Of a stretch of 64,000 bases of DNA, positions 43,647 to 57,717 are shown piece after piece. Origin of the DNA: an uncultured Chloroflexia bacterium (GTDB lineage Bacteria; Chloroflexota; Limnocylindria; Limnocylindrales; CSP1-4). The notes under the pieces were generated by a model. The model was not told the DNA's origin, made no database searches, and saw only the letters and a list, made by a program, of their open reading frames with translations. Each line of letters begins with the position of its first letter. Positions within the stretch are counted from its first letter, which is position 1. Position numbers and translations under genes: made by a program. The stretch is taken from contig CAWAAF010000010.1 of NCBI GenBank assembly GCA_963779905.1, forward strand, positions 457,957 through 521,956, written 5' to 3'.

Positions 43647-44010
43647 ATGTCGCACCACGGGAGCGGCACGATCACCCAAGAGCGAGAGCGACGACAAGAC
43701 CGCCTTCCGCCGGCTGGTGCCGGACGACGAGCGGGTCACCACCCGGCCCATGTTCGGCAGCGTCGCCGCGTTCGCCAACGGCTACATGTTCATGGGCCTG
43801 TTCGGCGACGAGCTGTTCGTGCGGCTGCCCAACGACGAGCGCGTGGCGCGCCTCGAAGCCGGTTGGCACAACCTGGAACCCATGCCCGACAAGCCGATGC
43901 GCGATTACGTCGTCGTGCCTGGAGACTGGCGCATGAAGGCGGAGGAAGTGCGCAGCTGGGCTGATCGCGCGCTCGAGTACGTACTGGGGCTACCGCCCAA
44001 GAAGAAGTAG
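43647..44010 (+). CDS. TfoX N-terminal domain protein (apparent frameshift near 43695)
   Basis: …RLVPDDERVTTRPMFGSVAAFANGYMFMGLFGDELFVRLP… is a TfoX_N pattern. The start ATG at 43647 is in a neighbouring frame. Confidence 0.55.
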
Positions 44011-44022
44011 GCGGTCGGGCGG

Positions 44023-44121
44023 CTAGTAGCCGCCGTTGCTGCCGCCATTGCCGCAGGCCACCAGCACGAGCAAGCAAGCCAGGGCGAGAAGCAGCGGCGC
44101 CATTTGCGTGATTCGCAGGGT
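44023..44121 (-). CDS. possible tiny lipoprotein-like ORF (signal peptide + LVAC lipobox + GNGGSNGGY)
   Basis: The ORF translates to MTLRITQMAPLLLALACLLVLVACGNGGSNGGY*. There is no supporting RBS, so this is very tentative. Confidence 0.2.
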   Translation of the reverse strand, partial: TLRITQMAPLLLALACLLVLVACGNGGSNGGY

Positions 44122-44369
44122 CATTCGTGGCTCCATCTCAGTTGGTTTCGCCCCGAAGTACGACGCGATCGTAAAGGCGGACCGCGGATTAGATGTAGTT
44201 GACACGTAGGGCGAGCAACTTTTGCGAGAGTGGACCGTGTCGCACGTAATAGTGGGGAAACAAAGCACAAAACGAAGTCGGCTCACGCGACGCGGGGCTG
44301 GGGCTCCGCGCAAATCGGGCCGCCGACGATCTGGCCGTACCCCCTCTCCGGCCAGTACCGCCGATCCAA

Positions 44370-44408
44370 CAGGCGCCCGGGTTGACCGCCGGGCGCCTGC
44401 TTTATTCC
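44370..44408. terminator. intrinsic terminator hairpin (11-bp stem CAGGCGCCCGG/CCGGGCGCCTG, 8-nt loop) followed by CTTTATT; bidirectional
   Basis: It lies 25 nt downstream of the stop of minus-strand paralog A. There is a T-tract on the plus strand and an A-tract on the 5' side. Confidence 0.5.
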
Positions 44409-44430
44409 GGCGACCTATTGTTTGACGAGG

Positions 44431-47860
<3,430 letters not shown>

Positions 47861-47866
47861 CCCAAT

Positions 47867-47909
47867 CCCTCCCTGCGCCGGTCAAGCCGGCGATTTGTCC
47901 TCGGAGGGA
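47867..47909 (-). promoter_or_regulatory. 5'-leader hairpin sequestering the SD (anti-SD CCCUCC pairs with GGGAGGG) of paralog A
   Basis: The reverse-strand mRNA reads …CCGUCCCUCCGAGG…CAGGGAGGGAUUGGGAUG. The same arrangement is conserved upstream of paralog B. Confidence 0.4.
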
Positions 47910-48005
47910 CGGCATTAGCTGGACCTACCGCCCCCCGGATGTGGGGCGAATCTAGCCCCGCCCCACGCCCGATTGGTGGTCAGTTTGTAAACCGCTTGTT
48001 TACGG

Positions 48006-50681
48006 CTACTGCATCAGCAGGTCGAGATTCCTCGTCGTGTCGGCGACGAGTTGGGTTGAGAAGCGGTACGAAACGGTCGACGGAGCCGGCGGGTTAAGGC
48101 CCTTGAGTCCATTGGTCGACAGCTTCAGGCCGATGTAGTAGTTGCCGGCCACCGGTGCGGTGAAGGTGACGCTGATCGTGCCCGAGCTGGCGTCGGTCGA
48201 AGTCTGCGTGATGGTCGCCTTGAGGCCGCCGCCGCAATCGGAGCGGTAGACGTTGCTGCCGCCGCCCAGGGCAAGCAGCGTCGAGAGGTTGCCGGTGGTG
48301 ACCGACTGGTTGACGGTGAATGAGTTGCTACCCGCCGGTGCGGAAACGCGCACCCAGTACATGACCGTGCCTTCCGACAGCTTGTTGATCTTGCCCTTGT
48401 TGAGGCTGTAGCCAAGCTGGCCGAGCGTCGTCGTCGTACCGTTGGCGAATTCCGAGCAGCTCGAGCCACTGGCAGTGAGTTGGCCCGTGCCTGCCCACAG
48501 GTTGGTCAGGTGGAACGTCCAGGTGGCTGAGCCGGCGCTGGCAACGAAGTCGTATGCACCGGCCGTCGAGTTGGCGTGAACCGTGACCACCAGGTTGCCG
48601 TTCGAATCGGTCGCGTACGGGCCTGTCCCGACAACCGACGCCGAGGCGCCGGACGCTGGTCCAGCGAAGGTGACGTTCGCTGCGGGAACAGGGTTGCCGT
48701 AGCTGTCGAAGACGGTCAGGCCGAGCTGGTTGGCGAAGTCGGTGCCCACGACCGTGCTCTGGTTGTCGCCCGCATTCAGCGTGACGCTGGCCGGAGCGCC
48801 GGCATTGTTGGTCAGGTTGACGCTGGTCGCCGCATTGCCCGCCGCAACACCAAGTTTGTAGGTGCCTGCCAGGTGTTGGCGTGCAGCGTCACCGTCAGGT
48901 TGCCGCTCGCATCGGTCGTGTACGGACCGGCATCGACGACCGAGCCCGACGCCCCGCCCAGCGGCAGCGTGAACGTCACGGTGGCGTTGGGCACGGGATT
49001 GCCGTAAGTGTCGACCACGCTCAATCCGAGCTGTGTCGGAAAGTCAGTGCCAACGACGGTGGCCTGGTTATCGCCCGCATTGACCACGACCGACGCCGGC
49101 GCGCCGGGATTGTTCGTCAGGTTGACGCTGGTCGACGCGACGCCGGCGGCAACTCCCAGTTGGTAGCTGCCGGCGACTGTGTTGGCATGCAGGGTCACGA
49201 CGAGGTTGCCGTTCGCGTCAGTCGTGTAGGGACCGGCTTCGACGACCGAAACCGACGCGCCGGAAGCGGGCGGCGTGAACGTGACCGACCGGTTGGGCAC
49301 GGGGTTGCCGTAACCATCAGAGACGGTCAGGTCGAGCGCCGTAGCGAAGTCGGTGTCGACGACGGTGGCCTGGTTGTTCCCGCCGTCGAGCGTGACGTTG
49401 GCCGGCGGTCCCGCCGTATTGGTCAGGTTGACGCTGGTTGATGCGCTGCCGGCGGCAACTCCCAGTTGGTAGCTGCCGGCGACGGTGTTGGCGTGCAGGG
49501 TCACGGCTCAGGTTGCCGTTCGCATCGGTCGTGTACGGACCGGCTTCGACCACCGACACCGACGCGCCGGAAGCGGGCGGCGTGAAGGTGACCGTCGTAT
49601 TCGGCACGGGCTGGTGGGCGACGTCGTAGACGGATAGCGACAGTTGGGTGGCGAAGTCAGTCGCGACGGTCGTGCTTTGCCCGTCGCCGCCATTGAGCGC
49701 GACGGACGCCGGCGGGCCCACATCGTCGTTGGTGAGCGTGCCCACGCCCTGCCCGTCGGCCACATTGGCGCCCGCGACGTTGGTGACGTTGACGAAGAAC
49801 GACTGATCCGGCTCGAACGTCGAGTCGCCGTTCACGGTGACGTCGAAGCTGTAGCTGGATTGACCGGCCGGGATGGTCTGGCCGGTCAGCGACCGCGCCA
49901 CGTAGTCGTTGTCGGCGACGGTCGCCGAGTTATCGGCGGTGGCAATGTCGAAGGTCACGCCGCCGGCGGGCGCGGCGGTCGAGAGGCTGACGGCGAACGA
50001 ATAAGTCGACGTGCCGGAGTTGCCTTCGTTGTGCTGTACGTCGCCGACCGACAGGTTGGGCGTGACGCCATTGCAGTTGGAGGTGTGCGAACCAAGGTTG
50101 GCCGAGTCGTCGGTGGCGAAGCCATCCCATTCGACGCTCGGGTCAAAGGCATCGCTGGCATTGGTGTCACCGGTGCAGACCGACGCCTTGCGGCGCAGGG
50201 TGTTGTCGGCGGTGCTGGTCAGGTCAGTTCCCCACTCGGTGCCCGGGTTGACACCGACCTGGCCGATGACGTCGAGGACCACGGTTCCGCGACGCAAAAC
50301 GAGGGCGTCGTTGCCGTTGTACCAGGTGGCTGTGCTCAGCTGATCGGCCTGCGCCAGGATCGACGCATTCGCCGTTGCCAGCGCAATGACGAAGACGTCG
50401 CCGTCGGCGACGGTGCCGCTCAGAAACTCGGTCCGACCCGGGCTGGTCGCGCCGTTGAAGAACATCTGGATGTTGTAGGACGCCCCGTCGAGCGAGACCG
50501 GCGCGCCCGTACCGTTGTAGATCTCGAGCGCCCGATTGTTGGACGTTCCCTCGATGTACTCGGAAAAGAACAGGCCACTGGCCGCCGCGGCGACCGGCAG
50601 CGGCACTGCCAGGGGCAAGGCAGCCGATAGCAGCGACACCCCCACAAGGGTCGGCATCAGCGCCCGCGCGCGCGTGAACAT
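48006..50681 (-). CDS. giant secreted LTD - Calx-beta - Big-repeat protein, paralog B, lacking the nuclease domain (apparent frameshifts)
   Basis: The N-terminus [62 protein letters not shown]… is near-identical to paralog A. It is followed by Calx-beta and at least five ~100-aa Big repeats (ORFs 49317..50681, 48812..49504, 48006..48749). Confidence 0.75.
48540..49640. repeat. tandem ~300-nt coding repeats (Big/Ig-like units)
   Basis: Recurrent strings such as CCCAGTTGGTAGCTGCCGGCGAC(G/T)GTGTTGGCGTGCAGGGTCAC occur at ~48858, ~49150 and ~49461 inside paralog B, and again at ~44865 inside paralog A (44520..45130, not annotated separately). Confidence 0.7.
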
Positions 50682-50687
50682 CCCAAT

Positions 50688-50741
50688 CCCTCCCTCCGCC
50701 GGTTGCCCCGGCGACGTGCCCGCGGGAGGACGGTATTGGGC
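50688..50741 (-). promoter_or_regulatory. 5'-leader hairpin sequestering the SD of paralog B (UCCUCCC pairs with GGGAGGG)
   Basis: The reverse-strand mRNA reads …CCGUCCUCCCGCGGGCACGUCGCCGGGGCAACCGGCGGAGGGAGGGAUUGGGAUG. Confidence 0.4.
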
Positions 50742-51137
50742 CAGTCGACCGCCCCCCGGTGTCGATCCGGTCTAGTACCGCCGGCGCCCGACTTCTGCCA
50801 GTCTTGGCTAGGAAGTCGGTAGCGGCCAATTACCTGCTCGGGCTACTTGAGCGGGGGGTACTGCTCCGGCTCTTGGCGGTCTGGGCCACCCGAAACGGTG
50901 ATCACACGCACCTCGGCGGCGGCCCGCACATACCCACTCGTACTGCCGCACCTCTGGCTCGACTGGCGCGGCCTCCTACGTCAGCGCCGGGTTCTGGTAG
51001 CTGCCGGCGACGGCTTGGTACCTGCTCGTTGACGCCGAGCACCCGTGCTTGGTCCTCCGCCCTATTGGAGTAGTACTCACGCCTGCAGGCGAGCGAAGCG
51101 TGGCGTGCGCGCGCACCACCATGCCGCGATGAGAACG

Positions 51138-51407
51138 CTATCGGCGCGAACCAACGTTCAAAAGCCAGCGGATGATGACGGCGCCGACGAACGCGACGAT
51201 GAACGCGCCGATCCAGCCGTAGATCACGTTTGTGCCCAGCAGCCCCTTCGCCAGGAAGCCGCCCAGCACGCCACCAAGAACACCAATAAGGATGTTGGGC
51301 AGGCAGCCACGCGCCGTCTGATTCCCGCGCACGACCATGCCCGATAGGGCGCCCGCCAGAAAGCCGATGACGATCCAGCCGATGATGCCCAGATCAAAGA
51401 CGGGCAC
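51138..51407 (-). CDS. GlsB/YeaQ/YmgE-family (transglycosylase-associated) small membrane stress protein
   Basis: MPVFDLGIIGWIVIGFLAGALSGMVVRG…; Gly-zipper TM helices; 89 aa. Confidence 0.8.
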   Translation of the reverse strand: MPVFDLGIIGWIVIGFLAGALSGMVVRGNQTARGCLPNILIGVLGGVLGGFLAKGLLGTNVIYGWIGAFIVAFVGAVIIRWLLNVGSRR

Positions 51408-51551
51408 GCGCAGCTCCTGTGCGAGTCAGATTGCAAGGCATCGTACAGGTTGAACGGCGAGACGCCGCGGGACTAGGATTCCCGCACTCGAGTGGTCGAG
51501 CCGCTTTTGATCCGAAGCCGGATCCGGCTTACGACGCCCGTGGAGGTTGTT

Positions 51552-52650
<1,099 letters not shown>

Positions 52651-52662
52651 CGAGTAGCAATA

Positions 52663-52697
52663 GAAAGAGGCGGCTGTGCAGCAGCCGCCTCTTCTGT
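52663..52697. terminator. bidirectional intrinsic terminator (AGAGGCGGCTG / CAGCCGCCTCT stem) flanked by T-rich tracts on both strands
   Basis: It lies between the convergent ABC ATPase gene (end 52650) and the GGDEF gene (end 52712). Confidence 0.6.
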
Positions 52698-52711
52698 TAT
52701 TCGGCTTACGG

Positions 52712-54694
52712 CTACCCCGCCGTTGGCGCAGGCACCGCTCCGAGGCCGTGTGACATGGCCGGTACCGGCGCGCGCGCCGGCAGCGCCGGTTCGCGTCGAC
52801 CGTCGACTGCCTGTTCGCTGGCGGGCGTTGTTTCTGGCGCCTGCTCCCGCCGTCCGGGCCGCGAGCGCTTGGCTGAATACATGGCCGAGTCGGCTGCCTG
52901 CAGCAGCAGCGTTGCCGTCCGCCCGTTTTCCGGGTACATGGCCAGTCCGCCACTGACCCCAACTCGCGCCGTGGCGCCGCCCGAAAGCTCATGGCGCCGC
53001 TCGCGGATGCCGACGATGACTCGCCGCGCAACTTCCTGGGCGCCATCCTCGGTGGTGTCGGGCATGACCACGACGAACTCGTCGCCGCCGTAGCGAGCAA
53101 CGATGTCGTTGGCCCGCACGACATTCCGGATCGTGCGCGCGACCTCGCGCAGCACCCGGTCACCGTCGGCGTGGCCGTACTTGTCGTTGATCGGCTTGAA
53201 CTCGTCGAGGTCGAGCATGAGCACCGACAACGTGCTCTTGTTGCGCGCAGCACGGGCCACTTCCTGACGCAGCCGGTCCTGCAGGTAGCGGTGGTTGTGG
53301 GCGCCGGTCACCTGGTCGATGTCGGCGGCATGGCGCAGTTGCTCCAGCAGGTGTGCATTTTCCAGGCCGGCCGCGGCCGTCGAGGCCATCGTCTGGAAAA
53401 CCTGCATATCGCCAGGGCTGACGTGGCGCTTGGCACGCAGCGAGATCAGCTCGACCAGCCCGACGGACTTGCCGCCGGCGGTGAGCGGCAGCATCAGCAG
53501 CGTCTTACCACCCATGTCGGCCAATGCGCGCGCTTCGGCAGCGGCGTCATCGGTCGAGTCGCAGTGGATGACGCGCGGTTTAGCGCTGCGCAGCACGCTC
53601 CACGTGGCCGGAAACTCGGCGATATCCGTCACGCCGTCCGGCTGCTCGATGCCGTCCTGGGCAAGGCCGGTCAGGACGGTCGAGTTTTCCTCCCAGCGCG
53701 AGATCACACAGGCGTCCATCCGGCTGGCGGCACGCATCTTGGCGGCCAGCGCCCGGGCCAGCGTCATTTCGTCGGTGGCGCCGCTGGTGGCCTGGCTGAT
53801 GTCGAGCAATGCGGCGAGCTCTTCAACGAGCTCCTCGCGCGCGCGCAGCAATCGTGCGTTCTCGACGGCGACAGCGGCCTGATCGGACAAGACCTGCACG
53901 AGGCGGAGGTCGTCGTCATTGAAGTGGCGCGGGGTGCGAGCAAGCAGGCTGATGACGCCGTTCACCCAATCGTCAGCACGCATCGGCACGACGAGCATTG
54001 ACCACGTTCCGGGTCGCTCGGCACCGGCGTCCGCAATCTGCGGCACCACGAACGGGGCGCCACTGGTCAAGGCACGCCAGATCGCGCTGGCCGGCATGCC
54101 ATCGGCGGGCAATGGCTGTGGTTGACCATGACCGTCGACAGGCGCGCCGCTGACCGCGACCAGCTCGAGCGTCGGTGGCCCGGCTGTCGGATCGGCCAAT
54201 GGTGGATTGCTCATGTAGACGTGGACCTCTTCGCAGTCGAAGATCCGGCGCGCCTCGTCACACACGACGCTACCCAGGGCGGCCATTACCGCTTCGATCG
54301 AGGTCAACCGGGTCAGTTGCGCCCCCACGCGCTGGACTGTTTCGAGCTGGCGCGCCCAGGTCGATCCTGTCGCGCCAACACCGGCCACGACGTTGGTCGC
54401 GAATTGGCGCGCATAGAGCCGCGCCAGGGCAATCTCGTCGCGCGAGAAGTCCTGGCGGCCCACCCGTTCCAGCACGACGGAGCCGCCCGAGGCGTCAGGC
54501 ACGGCAACGATCAGCTGGCGCTCTGCATCACCCTCACGGCGCAGAATCCGCGTGAGCGGGTTGGCCACTCCGGGCGGGCGGCCAATGGTGGCCATCGGGC
54601 GCAGCGCCCCGTCGGCATCGGCCAGCAGCAGGACGCCCGACTGAGCGCCCACCGCCTGGCACAGCTCGGATAGGGTTCGGGTGAGGTCAGCCAC
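52712..54694 (-). CDS. GAF-GAF-GGDEF diguanylate cyclase
   Basis: Two GAF-like regions, then GGDEF (…RYGGDEFVVVMPD…) with an I-site-like context. Confidence 0.85.
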   Translation of the reverse strand: MADLTRTLSELCQAVGAQSGVLLLADADGALRPMATIGRPPGVANPLTRILRREGDAERQLIVAVPDASGGSVVLERVGRQDFSRDEIALARLYARQFATNVVAGVGATGSTWARQLETVQRVGAQLTRLTSIEAVMAALGSVVCDEARRIFDCEEVHVYMSNPPLADPTAGPPTLELVAVSGAPVDGHGQPQPLPADGMPASAIWRALTSGAPFVVPQIADAGAERPGTWSMLVVPMRADDWVNGVISLLARTPRHFNDDDLRLVQVLSDQAAVAVENARLLRAREELVEELAALLDISQATSGATDEMTLARALAAKMRAASRMDACVISRWEENSTVLTGLAQDGIEQPDGVTDIAEFPATWSVLRSAKPRVIHCDSTDDAAAEARALADMGGKTLLMLPLTAGGKSVGLVELISLRAKRHVSPGDMQVFQTMASTAAAGLENAHLLEQLRHAADIDQVTGAHNHRYLQDRLRQEVARAARNKSTLSVLMLDLDEFKPINDKYGHADGDRVLREVARTIRNVVRANDIVARYGGDEFVVVMPDTTEDGAQEVARRVIVGIRERRHELSGGATARVGVSGGLAMYPENGRTATLLLQAADSAMYSAKRSRPGRREQAPETTPASEQAVDGRREPALPARAPVPAMSHGLGAVPAPTAG

Positions 54695-55274
54695 CGACAG
54701 CCACCGGCCCCGGTGACGCGACCGACCCAGCCGGGCGGGCGGACATCGTGCGCGCGATGAACCATCCGCCGCCGACTGCGATCAGCAGGTCGCCGACCGA
54801 GAAGACATTGGCGAAGGGCAGCGCACGCGGAACGGCGAACACGTCGCCAAGCAGGGCCAGGCGCGTCGCGGCCGATGCGAGCGTCGAGTTGGTCAGCACG
54901 TCCTGCGGGACTCCGGTCATGCCGTGGAGTGACGCCCACGCGTCCGGCGAGGCGGGCATGACGCCGCCGTTGGCTACGACGGCAAAGAGGTTGAGCGCCG
55001 CGCCGACCAGGATGAATCTGAAGCCGGGCCGGCCGATGTTGGCGATCAACGCGGCCAGTACGACCAGCGTCGAGCCGACATACAGCCCGGGCCCGACCGG
55101 CAGGTCCTTGGCCAGCATCGTGCCCAGCGGCGGGCTGAACAGCAGCAACTGAAAGAGGAGGCCGCCGACGGCCAGTGGCGCCAGGCGGATGCGCAGGTCG
55201 GCCAGCCGACCAATCGACCCGCCGGCCAGCAGGCCGGCCAGCAGCCCTATCGGCAGAGCGTAAAGAAGCAGCAT
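54687..55274 (-). CDS. DUF5317-family membrane protein (typical partner of GGDEF proteins)
   Basis: MLLLYALPIGLLAGLLAGGSIGRLADLRIRLAPLAVGGLLFQLLLF…; polytopic. Its 3' end overlaps the GGDEF gene start. Confidence 0.6.
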   Translation of the reverse strand: MLLLYALPIGLLAGLLAGGSIGRLADLRIRLAPLAVGGLLFQLLLFSPPLGTMLAKDLPVGPGLYVGSTLVVLAALIANIGRPGFRFILVGAALNLFAVVANGGVMPASPDAWASLHGMTGVPQDVLTNSTLASAATRLALLGDVFAVPRALPFANVFSVGDLLIAVGGGWFIARTMSARPAGSVASPGPVAVGG

Positions 55275-55401
55275 CGGCCGATTTCCGGGCGCGCGAAAAC
55301 CCGTTCCAGCATCCTGGAAATCCCCTACTCCCCCTTCGACGCGCCGCGCGGGGCGCGCCGATTAAAACGCTATTGGTCGCCGGGCCAGATGCCCGACGCG
55401 C

Positions 55402-55488
55402 CTACCACCAACGGAAGGGCGCACCCAGTACCAGAAGGAAGGCGGCGAGTGCCAAAAGCGTCAGCGAGACCGAGCGAAGTGTTCCCAT
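55402..55488 (-). CDS. possible 28-aa membrane micro-protein (MGTLRSVSLTLLALAAFLLVLGAPFRWW)
   Basis: ORF read from the reverse strand. A GGAGAG lies immediately upstream but with poor spacing. Speculative. Confidence 0.15.
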   Translation of the reverse strand: MGTLRSVSLTLLALAAFLLVLGAPFRWW

Positions 55489-55663
55489 CTCTCCATCACT
55501 CCGAGTAACTTTGCGGCACCGGCAGTGGGCCCACCGGTGGCCTTGCTCGCGATCCTATGGAGCGCACTCGGAACAGGGCTATGAGAAGGTGGTACTGCCT
55601 GTCGTGAGGTTTGGTGGGGTGCGCGGCGGTCTGTTATAGGACGACCCCGGGCATACTCCGGCG

Positions 55664-56239
55664 ATGAGTGTTGACAGAAAGCACGAAACGCTGGTCGACA
55701 GCGTCGAAGTGGCACGCGGTAAGCTGCTGACCATTCGTCGCGACACGGTCCTCGGCATTGACGGCGGAGAGCATGTCCGGGAGGTGGTCGCCCATCCGGG
55801 CGGTGTGGCGATTGTTCCGCTGACCGCGGACAACAAGGTTGTTCTCATCCGCCAATACCGGCACGCCGTGGGCGAGGTGCTATGGGAGATCCCCGCCGGC
55901 ACGCTGGACAGGCGCGACGGCGGTGGCGTCGAGGACCCGGACGAGGCGTCGCGGCGCGAACTGGGCGAAGAAATCGGCCATAGCGCCGGCTGGTGGCTCA
56001 AGCTGGGCATGTTCTACACGACGCCCGGCTTCACCAACGAAGCGATGCACCTCTACCTGGCGCGCGACCTGACGCCGATCGAGGGCTACGAAGGCCCGGA
56101 GCCGGACGAGGATCTGGTGCCTGAAATGGTGCCCGTCAGCGAGGCGCTCGAGTTGGCAGACAGCGGCCAGATCCGCGATGGCAAAACGCTGGTTGGGCTG
56201 TTCTGGCTGGGTCGCTGGCTGACCAAGAACGAGGGCTGA
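55664..56239 (+). CDS. NUDIX hydrolase (ADP-ribose pyrophosphatase-like)
   Basis: Nudix box GX5EX7REUXEEXGU (…GTLDRRDGGGVEDPDEASRRELGEEIG…) with an ADPRase-like fold. Confidence 0.85.
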   Translation: MSVDRKHETLVDSVEVARGKLLTIRRDTVLGIDGGEHVREVVAHPGGVAIVPLTADNKVVLIRQYRHAVGEVLWEIPAGTLDRRDGGGVEDPDEASRRELGEEIGHSAGWWLKLGMFYTTPGFTNEAMHLYLARDLTPIEGYEGPEPDEDLVPEMVPVSEALELADSGQIRDGKTLVGLFWLGRWLTKNEG

Positions 56240-56248
56240 TCGCGCGAG

Positions 56249-57245
56249 CTACGGCCAGGTGATCGTCGAGCGGAGCAGGACCTGGTCGACAACCGACTCC
56301 TGCGTGTTGTCGATGGCCGCCTCGTAGTTCTTGCCGGCCAGCACCGGCCGCACGGCTTCGGCGTGGTCGCCCTCGCCCCCGGACATCGGTGGCTCGCCGC
56401 CCTGACCGTCGAGGTCGGTCAGCACGATCAGGTACGGGTAGTCACCGCCCTGCCCATCGTCCCAGGCGGCGGTCAGGTGCAGCTCGCCCTCGGCGATCGG
56501 GGCGACGCGAACGCGGAAGCCCGTGTAGTTCGGGCTGTCGCGCCCCTGGAAGCGGAAGTCGGAGAGTTGGAGCGCGGGATTATTGGCCGCCCAGCGGATG
56601 CGCAGCGTGGCCGCCGGACTGCGCCCGGGATGGTCACCGAATAGCCAGATGGTCCAGGGCCCCGGCGCAGTGGGCGTTGCCGTCAGGCCGCCCTCGTCGG
56701 TCACGATGCAGGATTCGTCGGGCGGCTCGACCGAGGCGTCGCCCTGGTACAGGCACATGCGCACGGTGCCGGCGGTCACGTCCGAAAGATCTACGTGAAT
56801 GTCGCCCTTGCCCTCGACGTTGAAGGTGATGCGCCGCGGAATTGCTTCGGGTGCGATCAGGTCGTCGATGCCCAGCAGGCTGAACGTCGCATCACGCGCG
56901 GTCGCGTCTCCAAAGGCGGCCTGGCTGGAGGACGGAGTCGGACTGGGTAGGTCTGTTGGTTGGCCAGACGGTGCGGAGGTTGATGGGGCTGGCGCCGATG
57001 TCGAAGGCCGGCTGGTCGGTCGCGGATGGGGCAGCCGACGGACTACCCGACGGCCTTCCCGACGGACTGCCTGACGTGGCGGCCACCGACGACGGTGTGG
57101 GCGATGACGAGGCCGACGGCCCGAAGAAGCCACCGAAAAGGACGGCCCCAATCAGCAGCAGCGCGATGACGCCAACGACAATGGCGGCAAGCCCGACCTG
57201 CCGTTGCCGTCTGAGCTCGCCTGGATCTGGGTTCCTGACCGCCAT
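56249..57245 (-). CDS. hypothetical membrane-anchored exported protein with Ser/Pro-rich linker (apparent frameshift near 56900)
   Basis: The N-terminal TM helix and S/P-rich stretch are in ORF 56892..57269. The globular C-terminal domain is in ORF 56249..57151. Confidence 0.5.
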
Positions 57246-57265
57246 CTGGCGGCGGCGCGGTCCGC

Positions 57266-57682
57266 TCACGGACCAAGCCGCTCGAGCGCCTGACGGTAGA
57301 GCGCGCTGTTGGGTGCCAGCGCCACGGCCAGCCGCAGGTGCGTTCGTGCGCTATCGCGCTGGCCAATCTGCTTCAGCGATTGGCCCAGGCCGAAGTGGGC
57401 GTACGCGGATGAGGGCTCGATCTCGAGCAGTTCCTCGAACACATCGGCCGCCAGCTGATGCTGGCCGCTGTTGTAGTAGGCCCGCGCCAGCGGTTCAACT
57501 ATCGAGCCCTTGCCCGGTTCCAGCCGCTTGGCCCGTTCGAGCAGGACGGCGGCCTGCGCGTTGTGTCGTCGCTTCATCAGAGTCTTGCCGCGCTGCAGGA
57601 GGCCGTACGCGGTCTCGCGCTCGGCCAGCTCGTTGAGCACGCGCTCCACCCGCTCGGCATCTTCACGCGCCTCGTCGTCCAT
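57266..57682 (-). CDS. tetratricopeptide-repeat protein
   Basis: About three TPR units (…AYYNSGQHQLAADVFEELLEIEPSSAYAHFGLGQSLKQIGQRDSARTHLRLAVAL…). Confidence 0.7.
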   Translation of the reverse strand: MDDEAREDAERVERVLNELAERETAYGLLQRGKTLMKRRHNAQAAVLLERAKRLEPGKGSIVEPLARAYYNSGQHQLAADVFEELLEIEPSSAYAHFGLGQSLKQIGQRDSARTHLRLAVALAPNSALYRQALERLGP

Positions 57683-57717
57683 CGCCTGAATCCTGACACG
57701 GCCCCCCGCGAAGGCGC

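Noticed and set aside
50759-51073. ORF 50759..51073 (104 aa) between paralog B and glsB
   Set aside because: Low-complexity translation, no RBS, and it lies within the shared leader and repeat-scar region. It is probably non-coding.
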